The position numbers and the translations under genes are program-made. A DNA stretch of 18,236 nucleotides, taken from IMG/VR virus record IMGVR_UViG_2695420732_000030, positions 1 to 18,236 of that record, one strand, 5' to 3'. This document shows, piece by piece, positions 7,842-14,968 of the stretch (position 1 is the stretch's first letter; each line of letters begins with the position of its first letter). The notes beneath the pieces are model-generated. The model was given only the letters and a program-made list of their open reading frames with translations. It made no database searches and was not told the origin of the DNA. Origin of the DNA: a virus. Taxonomy: Duplodnaviria > Heunggongvirae > Uroviricota > Caudoviricetes.

Positions 7842-7871
7842 TTGCTCGAGGCATAACGTAGAAGGTTGGCT

Positions 7872-8147
7872 ATGAACTTAAGAGACTATTTAAAAGAGAA
7901 ACATATCACCCAGCTACAGTTTGGGAAGCTAACGGGTTTATCTCAGGTGCATGTAAGTCGAGTGCTGGGGGGCTATGAAAGATTCAGCCCTGAAAAAGCA
8001 TTACGTGTTGCTGAAGTAACGAATTTCGAGGTTACACCTCATGAACTCCGGCCTGATATCTACCCGAATCCAACCGACGGTTTACCTGTTGGATGTAAGG
8101 CTAACACACAAAATACACAGGAGTTGATTCATGAAAATCAGGCATGA
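7872..8147 (+). CDS. ydaS: YdaS-like HTH protein (Cro analogue), 91 aa.
   Basis: ATG at 7872 has GAAGG 6 nt upstream; the track's TTG start at 7866 is less likely. The HTH is ITQLQFGKLTGLSQVHVSRVLGG. The ELRPDI motif is shared with K-12 YdaS. Confidence 0.85.
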   Translation: MNLRDYLKEKHITQLQFGKLTGLSQVHVSRVLGGYERFSPEKALRVAEVTNFEVTPHELRPDIYPNPTDGLPVGCKANTQNTQELIHENQA

Positions 8148-8553
8148 GCACATCGAATCGGTGCTGTTAGCCCTGGCAGCTGAAAAAGGGCAGGCATGGG
8201 TAGCCAGTGCAATTACTGAAGAATATCTGCGCCAGGGAGGCGGCGAATTGCCCCTGGTACCAGGCAAGGACTGGAATAATCAGCAGAACATCTATCACCG
8301 TTGGTTAAAAGGTGAAACGAAAGCGCAAAGGGAAAAAATTCAGAAACTGATCCCTGCGGTTCTGGCAATTCTTCCGCGCGAGCTGCGTCACCGACTCTGC
8401 ATCTTCGATACCCTGGAACGCCGTGCATTACTGGCGGCGCAGGAAGCGTTGAGTACGGCAATTGATGCGCATGATGATGCAGTCCAGGCCGTTTACCGGA
8501 AAGCACATTTCAGCGGTGGTGGGTCGCCCGGCGATTCTGTCGTAGTGCATTGA
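8131..8553 (+). CDS. ydaT: YdaT-like protein (CII functional analogue, formerly called a toxin), 140 aa.
   Basis: MKIRHEHIESVLLALAAEKGQAWVASAITEEYLRQGGGELPLVPGKDWN... is near-identical to my recollection of K-12 YdaT. It overlaps the ydaS-like gene by 17 nt. Confidence 0.9.
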   Translation: MKIRHEHIESVLLALAAEKGQAWVASAITEEYLRQGGGELPLVPGKDWNNQQNIYHRWLKGETKAQREKIQKLIPAVLAILPRELRHRLCIFDTLERRALLAAQEALSTAIDAHDDAVQAVYRKAHFSGGGSPGDSVVVH

Positions 8554-8597
8554 TTGAAATTAATCGTGCCGGATTGTTTTGTTCGGTATCAGTTAAA

Positions 8598-9039
8598 TGT
8601 AACGCTGCGAGCGTTACAAGGTGAAAACAAATGGCTTCAAACTGGATAAAGCTCGAGGTTATTACGCCGGATAAGCCGGAAATATTCAGGCTTGCTGAGA
8701 TTCTGAATATTGATCCAGATGCCGCATTAGGGAAGGTTATTCGCTTCTGGGCATGGGCGGATCAACAAATGATAGACGGTAATGCAGATTGTAACGCTCG
8801 CGGCGTTACAAAAAGTGCAATAGATCGCATCACTTTTATGGCTGGTTTTGCTGATGCGTTAATTCAGGTTGGATGGCTGGTCGAAAATGACGGTGGGCTT
8901 TCTCTACCTAACTTTGAACGTCATAACGGGAAAAGCTCTAAAAAACGGGCGGTTACAAACGAGCGAGTTACAAAAATACGCGAACTGAAACGAAAAGGTA
9001 ACGCTGGCAGCGTTACACAAACGGATCAAAAAGCGTTAC
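8598..9039. repeat. Putative origin iterons: repeated GCGTTACA / TGTAACGC palindromes.
   Basis: TGTAACGC-N5-GCGTTACA occurs at 8598-8618 and 8790-8810, both perfect. GTAACGC-N5-GCGTTAC occurs at 8998-9016. Direct GTTACAAA half-sites occur at 8952-8959 and 8967-8974. GCGTTAC occurs at 9033-9039. Confidence 0.6.
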
Positions 9040-9425
9040 CAGAGGAAGAGGAAGAGGAAGAGGAAGATATAAATACTGATCTCCCCCTAAATCCCCCTCG
9101 CCAAAAACGAGCGTCTAAAAAATTCGAGCCGGAGGCTATCGAGCTACCTGACTGGTTGCCGGAAACACTCTGGCATGAGTGGGTTCAGTTCAGGCAGGCA
9201 TTGCGAAAACCGATTCGAACGGAGCAGGGCGCTAACGGGGCGATACGGGAACTGGAAAAATTCCGTCAGCAGGGTTTTACACCTGAGCAGGTGATTCGAC
9301 ACAGCATCGCCAATGAATACCAGGGCTTGTTCGTACCGAAAGGTGTTCGGCATGAGACGTTGCTCCGACAGGTTAACACCGTCTCGTTGCCGGACAGTGC
9401 GATCCCGCCAGGCTTCAGGGGGTAA
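8631..9425 (+). CDS. Replication initiator (lambda O-like / YdaU-position protein), 264 aa.
   Basis: It lies immediately upstream of the DnaC-like loader. It contains internal iterons and a poly-Glu linker. SD AAGGTGA is present. Confidence 0.75.
   Translation: MASNWIKLEVITPDKPEIFRLAEILNIDPDAALGKVIRFWAWADQQMIDGNADCNARGVTKSAIDRITFMAGFADALIQVGWLVENDGGLSLPNFERHNGKSSKKRAVTNERVTKIRELKRKGNAGSVTQTDQKALPEEEEEEEEDINTDLPLNPPRQKRASKKFEPEAIELPDWLPETLWHEWVQFRQALRKPIRTEQGANGAIRELEKFRQQGFTPEQVIRHSIANEYQGLFVPKGVRHETLLRQVNTVSLPDSAIPPGFRG
9043..9066 (+). repeat. Tandem hexanucleotide repeat (AGGAAG)x4 encoding the EEEEEEEE linker.
   Basis: Read directly from the sequence. An AT-rich ATATAAATACTGATC follows. 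Confidence 0.9.
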
Positions 9426-9431
9426 CAGACC

Positions 9432-10172
9432 ATGAAAAATATTGCGACAGGCGGCGTTCTGGAGCGTATCCGCAGACTGACCCCACCACATGTAACCGCC
9501 CCATTCAGAACGGTTGCGGAGTGGCGTGAGTGGCAACTTACTGAAGGCCAGAAACGTTGCGAGGAGATCAACCGTCTGAATCGTCAGTTGCGGGTGGAAA
9601 AAATTCTGAATCGCTCTGGCATCCAGCCGTTGCACCGTAAATGCTCGTTTGCGAATTACCAGGTGCAGAACGACGGCCAGCGATACGCGTTAAGCCAGGC
9701 GAAATCCATCGCCGATGAACTGATGACCGGGTATACAAATTTTGCGTTCAGCGGAAAACCTGGTACCGGGAAGAATCACTTAGCGGCAGCTATCGGGAAT
9801 CGCCTGTTGAAAGACGGTCAGACAGTGATTGTGGTTACCGTGGCTGATGTTATGAGCGCCCTGCACGCCAGCTATGACGACGGGCAGTCAGGCGAAAAAT
9901 TTTTGCGTGAACTGTGCGAAGTGGACCTCCTGGTTCTTGACGAAATTGGCATCCAGCGTGAGACGAAAAACGAGCAGGTGGTACTGCACCAGATTGTTGA
10001 CCGCCGGACGGCATCACTGCGCAGTGTCGGGATGCTGACAAACCTGAATCATGCCGCAATGAGCACGCTTCTTGGTGAGAGGATTATGGACCGGATGACC
10101 ATGAACGGTGGTCGTTGGGTGAATTTTAACTGGGAGAGCTGGCGGTCAAACGTTGGACGTCAGGGTATGTGA
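9432..10172 (+). CDS. DnaC-like helicase loader, an IstB-like AAA+ ATPase (YdaV / lambda P position), 246 aa.
   Basis: Walker A is GKPGTGKNHLAAAIG and Walker B is LLVLDEIG. It lies downstream of the initiator gene. Confidence 0.9.
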   Translation: MKNIATGGVLERIRRLTPPHVTAPFRTVAEWREWQLTEGQKRCEEINRLNRQLRVEKILNRSGIQPLHRKCSFANYQVQNDGQRYALSQAKSIADELMTGYTNFAFSGKPGTGKNHLAAAIGNRLLKDGQTVIVVTVADVMSALHASYDDGQSGEKFLRELCEVDLLVLDEIGIQRETKNEQVVLHQIVDRRTASLRSVGMLTNLNHAAMSTLLGERIMDRMTMNGGRWVNFNWESWRSNVGRQGM

Positions 10173-10197
10173 GAATTTTTAACGAGGTGAATTTTCG

Positions 10198-10968
10198 ATG
10201 GAAACCGTATTACATGCACTGAAAGCGATGGGAAAAGCCAATTCTGTTGAACTGGCGGCACGAATTGATATCAGCCGTGAAGAAGTTATCAACGAACTGT
10301 GGGAGCTCAAAAAAAATGGCGTTGTTGATAAAACGGGTCACACCTGGTTTCTGGCTGTCGAAGGTGAATCCCGGGTAACCGAAGAGCGGCCAGTAAAATC
10401 TGAAACACAGGATATGCTGACCGAAGAGGTCGCTCCAAAAGTTAGCGCTAACATGATGATTGAGTTTATCGCTCAGGAGGGGGCTAAAACCTGTGAAGAA
10501 ATAGCGGGTAAGTTCGGTGTCAGTACTCGCAAGGTTGCTTCCACGCTGGCGGTGGTAACCGCAACGGGGCGGCTGGCACGCGTTAATCAGAACGGTAGAT
10601 TTCGTTACTGCATGCCGGGCGATAATTTACCAGCAGAGCCGAAAGCCGCGCTGGTAACGGAAAGTGATGGTAAGGCCTTTCCTCAGCCAGCAGGTGCTGC
10701 GTTACCAGTCCGGGAAGCCGCAACACAGGAAGAAATTAAAACAGAAACTGTGGCGGACATTGTGCAGCCGTTGCCATCGTTTACCGAAACGCAAGCAGAT
10801 GAGCTGATTTTTCCGTCCCTTCGCAGGGCAAACCTGGCGCTGCGCAGGGCGAAAAGTGATGTTCAGAAGTGGGAGCGAGTCTGCGCCGCGCTGCGGGAGC
10901 TGAACAAGCACCGGGATATTGTTCGGCAGATTGTCGATTCATCCGGTCGTATTGTGTCGGAAAAGTGA
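10198..10968 (+). CDS. Hypothetical protein with two wHTH-like segments, 256 aa. It is DUF1627-like, from memory.
   Basis: SD GAGGTGA is present. The wHTH-like segments are SVELAARIDISREEVINELWELKKNG and CEEIAGKFGVSTRKVASTLAV. Confidence 0.7.
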   Translation: METVLHALKAMGKANSVELAARIDISREEVINELWELKKNGVVDKTGHTWFLAVEGESRVTEERPVKSETQDMLTEEVAPKVSANMMIEFIAQEGAKTCEEIAGKFGVSTRKVASTLAVVTATGRLARVNQNGRFRYCMPGDNLPAEPKAALVTESDGKAFPQPAGAALPVREAATQEEIKTETVADIVQPLPSFTETQADELIFPSLRRANLALRRAKSDVQKWERVCAALRELNKHRDIVRQIVDSSGRIVSEK

Positions 10969-10983
10969 TTGCCGGAGGCGCTT

Positions 10984-11376
10984 ATGGCAAAAGTATTTAC
11001 ACCAGAAGAGCGGGAAGAAGTGAGGGCGCGCATTGTGGAATTCGTGCGCCTGAGCGGACGAGAAACTTTTCGACAACTGGCAGATAAAACGGGTGTCAGT
11101 AAGACCGCTATTCGTCGTTTATCTGGTGCGCTTGCGGCCAGTGGTGATGTCTGGCTCTCTGGTTGCGGGGTATTTCTATCAGAGCAGGCGTATCGCGTAT
11201 GGCGTAAGACACCGGAGAAGGCTGCTGACCCGACACTGATTCGAAAGTTACCTGACGGAGAAATACGTCGTTACAACAGACGGCAGAACATAATTTGTCG
11301 TGAGTGCCGCCAGAGCGAAGTTATGCAGCGTGTGCTGGCGTTCTATCGGGGTAATTTTCAGGAGGTGATGGAGTGA
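10984..11376 (+). CDS. Hypothetical wHTH-like protein, 130 aa.
   Basis: ATG at 10984 has GGAGG 5 nt upstream, which is preferred over the track's TTG at 10969. It contains FRQLADKTGVSKTAIRRLSGAL. Confidence 0.65.
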   Translation: MAKVFTPEEREEVRARIVEFVRLSGRETFRQLADKTGVSKTAIRRLSGALAASGDVWLSGCGVFLSEQAYRVWRKTPEKAADPTLIRKLPDGEIRRYNRRQNIICRECRQSEVMQRVLAFYRGNFQEVME

Positions 11377-11669
11377 GGGTGAGGGTTTATATCGCCGGTC
11401 CGATGACCGGGTATAAAAATTTCAACCGTGAGGCGTTCCACAAGGCGGAAGAGGAACTGAAACGGGAAGGGCATACAGTCTTAAACCCGGCAGTACTTCC
11501 GGACGGGCTGACACAGCCGCACTACATGGATATTTGCATGGCAATGATTCGTTGCGTGGATGCGATTTACATGCTGAATGGCTGGCAGCGGTCAGCGGGC
11601 GCTAAGGCAGAGCTGGCACTGGCGGAGAAACTGGGACATACGGTGATTTATCAGGAGGTGGCTCAATGA
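11373..11669 (+). CDS. DUF4406-like protein (nucleoside 2-deoxyribosyltransferase-like fold), 98 aa.
   Basis: The GTG start lies 7 nt after GGAGG and overlaps the upstream stop. VYIAGPMTG...NFNREAF is typical of the family. Confidence 0.75.
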   Translation: MRVRVYIAGPMTGYKNFNREAFHKAEEELKREGHTVLNPAVLPDGLTQPHYMDICMAMIRCVDAIYMLNGWQRSAGAKAELALAEKLGHTVIYQEVAQ

Positions 11670-12385
11670 GAGAGGTTAACTATGAGGCGCTTCGTGAAGC
11701 AGCAGAGAAAGCAACTAAAGGATGCTACATCGTAGGGCATACATCGGGCAATCAGCATGGGAATATAACAGGAGTTTTTGTTTGTCAAAAATGGAAAGGA
11801 GAACCCGGTGGCGTAATTGCAGAATGTCATGTTAACTGCCTGGTTGAAACAGATGCTCAGGCTTACGCAAACGCTGAATTTATTGCTGCCTTTAATCCAA
11901 ATGTTGCGCTGGCACTACTGGATGAACGGGAAAGAAACCAGCAATACATCAAATCACGCGACCAGGAGAACGAGGAGATTGCGCTTACGGAAGGGAAGCT
12001 GCTAATCGAAAACGGCCGGCTTGTTGCCGATACGCTACGCCACTTAGCTGATAACGAAATCGACTCTGATTATTTTGCTATCACCTCAACGAATGAGAAC
12101 GGTACTGAAATTGATCATGAGATGGCTATTACCGATTACGCACTGCAAGCTGCCGGAACTGTAGACGAATTGGTTGCGGCGTTGGAATCCGCAGAGAAGC
12201 GCATTGCAGAACTGGAAGCACGGGAAATATCGCTCCCAGAACGTAGCAGCATGCTTCATCGAACAGATTTTCACGATGATTACCAAACGGTAATGGCATA
12301 CAAAGTTTCTGAAGTCATCGCTGCAATCCGCGCCGCTGGCATTCGCATCAAAGGAGAGGAGCATGGAAATAAAACCAGAAGATGA
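11666..12385 (+). CDS. Ead/Ea22-like family protein, 239 aa.
   Basis: An ATGA overlap joins it to the upstream gene. It contains EALREAAEKAT, FIAAFNPNVALALLDE and a C-terminal coiled-coil ESAEKRIAELEA. Confidence 0.8.
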   Translation: MREVNYEALREAAEKATKGCYIVGHTSGNQHGNITGVFVCQKWKGEPGGVIAECHVNCLVETDAQAYANAEFIAAFNPNVALALLDERERNQQYIKSRDQENEEIALTEGKLLIENGRLVADTLRHLADNEIDSDYFAITSTNENGTEIDHEMAITDYALQAAGTVDELVAALESAEKRIAELEAREISLPERSSMLHRTDFHDDYQTVMAYKVSEVIAAIRAAGIRIKGEEHGNKTRR

Positions 12386-12719
12386 GTTAAGCAATATCGT
12401 TTTATTTCCGGTAAAAGAGGATGACCCACGTAATCAGGTTAATTTTCTCTATGAGCCATCGGAAAGACCATATTGCCATCACGCCTCTGTCCGGGTTGAC
12501 GAAAAAGAGCGTCAGGTCCGCTGTAAAATCTGCGGTGCAGTTGTGGAGCCATTTGACTGGATGCTCTCTGTGGCGAAAAGAGAAACCAGACTGGCAGATG
12601 ATGTAAGGATCTTGCGCCAGGAGGAACGGGAAAGGCGGAGAAATATAGAAAAGCTAATTCAGATTGAGCGTAACGTGAAAGCGCGGATACGCAGGGTGAC
12701 AAAATCCAGAACTGAATAA
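12363..12719 (+). CDS. Hypothetical protein, 118 aa, with a possible C-H-H...CxxC metal site and a basic coiled-coil tail.
   Basis: SD GGAGAGGAG is present. It overlaps the upstream gene by 23 nt. It contains CHH...CKIC. Confidence 0.65.
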   Translation: MEIKPEDELSNIVLFPVKEDDPRNQVNFLYEPSERPYCHHASVRVDEKERQVRCKICGAVVEPFDWMLSVAKRETRLADDVRILRQEERERRRNIEKLIQIERNVKARIRRVTKSRTE

Positions 12720-12767
12720 TTAAATTTAGCTCTGTTAAAAATTTAATCCTTAACCGGAGGTATATCA

Positions 12768-12980
12768 ATGTCAAACGCACAGAAAGTTATTAACGCTGAA
12801 AAATATAACGAGTGGGTGAAAAAGTTCTCAGAGCAGATTTTTAAAATTACTGGCGACGAGAATGCGGCAAAAAATGAATTAGAGCCGTGGACACCTGAAG
12901 GTGTCGACCCAAATTATTGCTGGTGGGATGTTGATCCAGTTGATGCTGCAAATGAAGCTATGAGTTATCACAACGATTAA
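12768..12980 (+). CDS. Hypothetical acidic protein, 70 aa.
   Basis: SD GGAGG lies 8 nt upstream of the ATG. Confidence 0.6.
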   Translation: MSNAQKVINAEKYNEWVKKFSEQIFKITGDENAAKNELEPWTPEGVDPNYCWWDVDPVDAANEAMSYHND

Positions 12981-13015
12981 TGTCAGGAGGCCGCCCGAAA
13001 GGGCGGTAATGAAAA

Positions 13016-13894
13016 GTGACTGAATTAACCAAAGAGAAATTAATCGAAGAAGCCAAATTAAAAATAGCGATTGCGAAATGCTACCCCAATTCAGGGATGG
13101 CACGGGTATAGGGCGAGTTATTCAAAATTGCACTGGCATAGCTGGAAGCAGATCCAGTTAAACGAGTTAACTCAGATCAGATGCACCGAGTCTGCTTAGA
13201 AGCTAATCGCTATTTAGATAAATATGACGCGATGGCGAAAGAGGTAAATAAGTTGCTTGGACGCATCGCCCCGCCAGCGCCAGTATTTAACGGCGAATAC
13301 GGTGACGCATATCAGGGCGCTCGTGAAGACCTGTCCATCTGGAAACGGCGAGCGCTTGAAGCTGATGAGCACGTTCGGCGACTGGAGCAAATCAATGACC
13401 ACATGGTGAAAGAGGCGCAGGGAGAATCACGCATGGGCGAGCCTGTAATACGTGAGCCAGCACCGGTAGTGCCTGAAGAAGCAACTCCGGAAAACGTAGA
13501 AATGCTCTCTGGCTATGTTTCAACGTACAAATTAACCGATAGCGAGCGCGATATTGCTGCCGAAATATGGAACGCCTGCCGCGCCGCCATGCTTCAGGCT
13601 GGAAACTTTCGGGAAAATAAGGGTTCGTCAACCAATAATTTTCGGGAAATCTCGGAAACGTCAACCAACTATCCGGTAACTCCGGATGGTTGGATAAGCT
13701 GTAGTGAGCGAATGCCGGATGATGGTCAGCACGTAATTATTTTATGTGATGGCGCATTCGTTCTTTATGCGCAATATCGAGACGGTGAGTTTTTTGATGT
13801 AGTCCGTAATGGTGATGAATTTTTCGAAACACAGAGCCGCAATGTAACCGACTGGATGCCGCTACCAGAACCGCCGCAGGAGGTGCGCCAATGA
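13016..13894 (+). pseudogene. Ea22-like N-terminus fused to a DUF551 C-terminus. The frame is interrupted by two in-frame TAG codons. The longest intact piece is 13181-13894 (237 aa).
   Basis: One frame is open from 13016 to 13894 except for TAG at 13109-13111 and 13139-13141. The C-terminus WISCSERMPDDGQHVII...WMPLPEPP is a classic DUF551. There is no SD before ATG 13181. Confidence 0.5.
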
Positions 13895-13974
13895 TCTGGC
13901 CTGAAGCCTTTGCAATTACAGGCGTTGCTATAGCTATTGATTTTTTAGTATATGTTATTTGTCGGTGGGGGTAA
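13891..13974 (+). CDS. Tiny hydrophobic peptide, 27 aa (MIWPEAFAITGVAIAIDFLVYVICRWG).
   Basis: An ATGA overlap joins it to the upstream stop. It has a single predicted TM helix. I translated it by hand; it is below the track cutoff. Confidence 0.4.
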   Translation: MIWPEAFAITGVAIAIDFLVYVICRWG

Positions 13975-14009
13975 AAACGTTCGCCGGGATTCACACCAAA
14001 GGAGGGAAT

Positions 14010-14114
14010 ATGTCGGATGATATTTCACTGGCAATGGAAGGTGCGCTGGCTGTTATTGCTGTTGTGGGCGTTTACTGCCTGGTTGTGTTTTTGATGGATC
14101 GACTAGGGAACTGA
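14010..14114 (+). CDS. Tiny membrane peptide, 34 aa (MSDDISLAMEGALAVIAVVGVYCLVVFLMDRLGN).
   Basis: A strong SD, AAGGAGGG, lies 4 nt upstream. It has a single TM helix. I translated it by hand. Confidence 0.55.
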   Translation: MSDDISLAMEGALAVIAVVGVYCLVVFLMDRLGN

Positions 14115-14122
14115 ATTCATTA

Positions 14123-14144
14123 CGATATGGGAATTCCCATATCG
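14123..14144. repeat. Perfect 22-bp palindrome CGATATGGGAATTCCCATATCG.
   Basis: Read directly from the sequence. It lies between the small peptide gene and the hok promoter. No T-run is present on either side. Confidence 0.9.
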
Positions 14145-14156
14145 GGTAAAAACGGT

Positions 14157-14184
14157 TTGCGGTAAAGCGAGAGTTAAGTAGAAT
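14157..14184 (+). promoter_or_regulatory. Candidate hok mRNA promoter.
   Basis: TTGCGG (14157-14162), a 16-nt spacer, TAGAAT (14179-14184). The predicted 5' end near 14191, GGGTGCTTGAGGC, resembles the hok mRNA 5' end of plasmid R1. Confidence 0.5.
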
Positions 14185-14244
14185 TGCTGCGGGTGCTTGA
14201 GGCTATCTGTCTCGGGCATGAACACCAACGGCAGATAGAGAAAA

Positions 14245-14311
14245 GCCCCAGTTAACATTACGCGTCCGGCAAGACGCTTAACATTAATCTGAGGCCATAT
14301 CTATGCTCTAC
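14245..14311 (-). ncRNA. sok: Sok-like antisense RNA. The ends are approximate.
   Basis: The minus strand carries GTAAGAGGCTAACCT (-10 TAACCT, 14323-14318), homologous to my recollection of the R1 sok promoter GTAAGAGGCTATCCT. The RNA is antisense to the mok start. A hairpin GCGTC/GACGC lies at 14262-14277. Confidence 0.5.
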
Positions 14312-14515
14312 ATACGTAGGTTAGCCTCTTACGTGCCGAAAGGCAAGGAGAAGCAGGCTATGAAGCAGCAAAAGGCGATGCTAATCGCCCTGATCGTCAT
14401 CTGTTTAACCGTCATTGTGACGGCACTGGTAACGAGGAAAGACCTCTGCGAGGTACGAATCCGAACCGGCCAGACGGAGGTCACTGTCTTCACAGCTTAC
14501 GAACCTGAGGAGTAA
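14303..14515 (+). CDS. mok: Mok-like in-frame upstream extension of hok, 70 codons.
   Basis: The ORF begins 19 codons upstream of the hok ATG in the same frame. This matches chromosomal mok/hok loci as I recall them. Confidence 0.6.
   Translation: MLYIRRLASYVPKGKEKQAMKQQKAMLIALIVICLTVIVTALVTRKDLCEVRIRTGQTEVTVFTAYEPEE
14360..14515 (+). CDS. hok: Hok/Gef family type I toxin, 51 aa.
   Basis: MKQQKAMLIALIVICLTVIVTALVTRKDLCEVRIRTGQTEVTVFTAYEPEE is a canonical Hok/Gef sequence. SD AAGGAGAAG is present. Confidence 0.92.
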   Translation: MKQQKAMLIALIVICLTVIVTALVTRKDLCEVRIRTGQTEVTVFTAYEPEE

Positions 14516-14584
14516 GAGACCAGGCGAGGGAGAAATCCCTCGCCACCTCTCATGTGTCAGGCATCTTCAACGCACCCGCACTTA

Positions 14585-14612
14585 ACCCGCTTCGGCGGGT
14601 TTTTGTTTTTAT
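14585..14612 (+). terminator. Intrinsic terminator of the hok mRNA.
   Basis: ACCCGC-TTCG-GCGGGT followed by TTTTGTTTTTATTTT. Confidence 0.85.
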
Positions 14613-14735
14613 TTTCAATACGTTTGAAGTTATGGACGATGCCGGAATAGAATCAAAAATACTTAAGTAGCGCGCAGGGAGAAGAGGGATGGACCCCGAA
14701 CAGGGGGGTGCTATTTATCTGGAAGGATTCTGTTG

Positions 14736-14909
14736 ATGAAAATTGAAGAATTACGTGAAATTTTTAGTGAAAATGGCCTCTTTGCTGTGCGCGTTGAGAA
14801 TGGGGAAGTTATCTACGCAACGTTAATCCCTGATAATCATGTAATTTTATCTATCGAGGCATTCATTGAATATCTTGAAAGGCTCGGTTTCAAGGTGATT
14901 CGGGAATGA
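14736..14909 (+). CDS. Hypothetical protein, 57 aa (MKIEELREIFSENGLFAVRVENGEVIYATLIPDNHVILSIEAFIEYLERLGFKVIRE).
   Basis: I translated it by hand; it is below the track cutoff. GGAAGGA lies 8 nt upstream. The start overlaps the stop of a 15-codon uORF (TGATG). Confidence 0.5.
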   Translation: MKIEELREIFSENGLFAVRVENGEVIYATLIPDNHVILSIEAFIEYLERLGFKVIRE

Positions 14910-14968
14910 GTTATAATTCGTAAGCCAGCCTGAACAACTGGCAACCTACAGCGCCATTGGAGACAGCA

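Noticed and set aside
8082-8506. Minus ORFs 8082-8267 and 8213-8506.
   Set aside because: They are antisense to the well-conserved ydaT-like gene.
9043-9066. The (AGGAAG)x4 tandem repeat, considered as a possible regulatory or CRISPR-like repeat.
   Set aside because: It is in frame within the initiator gene and encodes a poly-Glu linker. It has no spacer structure. At most it is part of the origin's purine-rich tract.
9144-9635. Minus ORFs of 163 aa and 101 aa spanning the initiator/loader junction, and the 9850-10059 minus ORF.
   Set aside because: They are antisense shadows of the replication genes, with no signals.
13109-13141. The idea that the two in-frame TAG codons are read by a phage-encoded amber suppressor tRNA.
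   Set aside because: The three tRNAs in the window have anticodons CAU, UCG and UCU. None has CUA. A pseudogene is more parsimonious.
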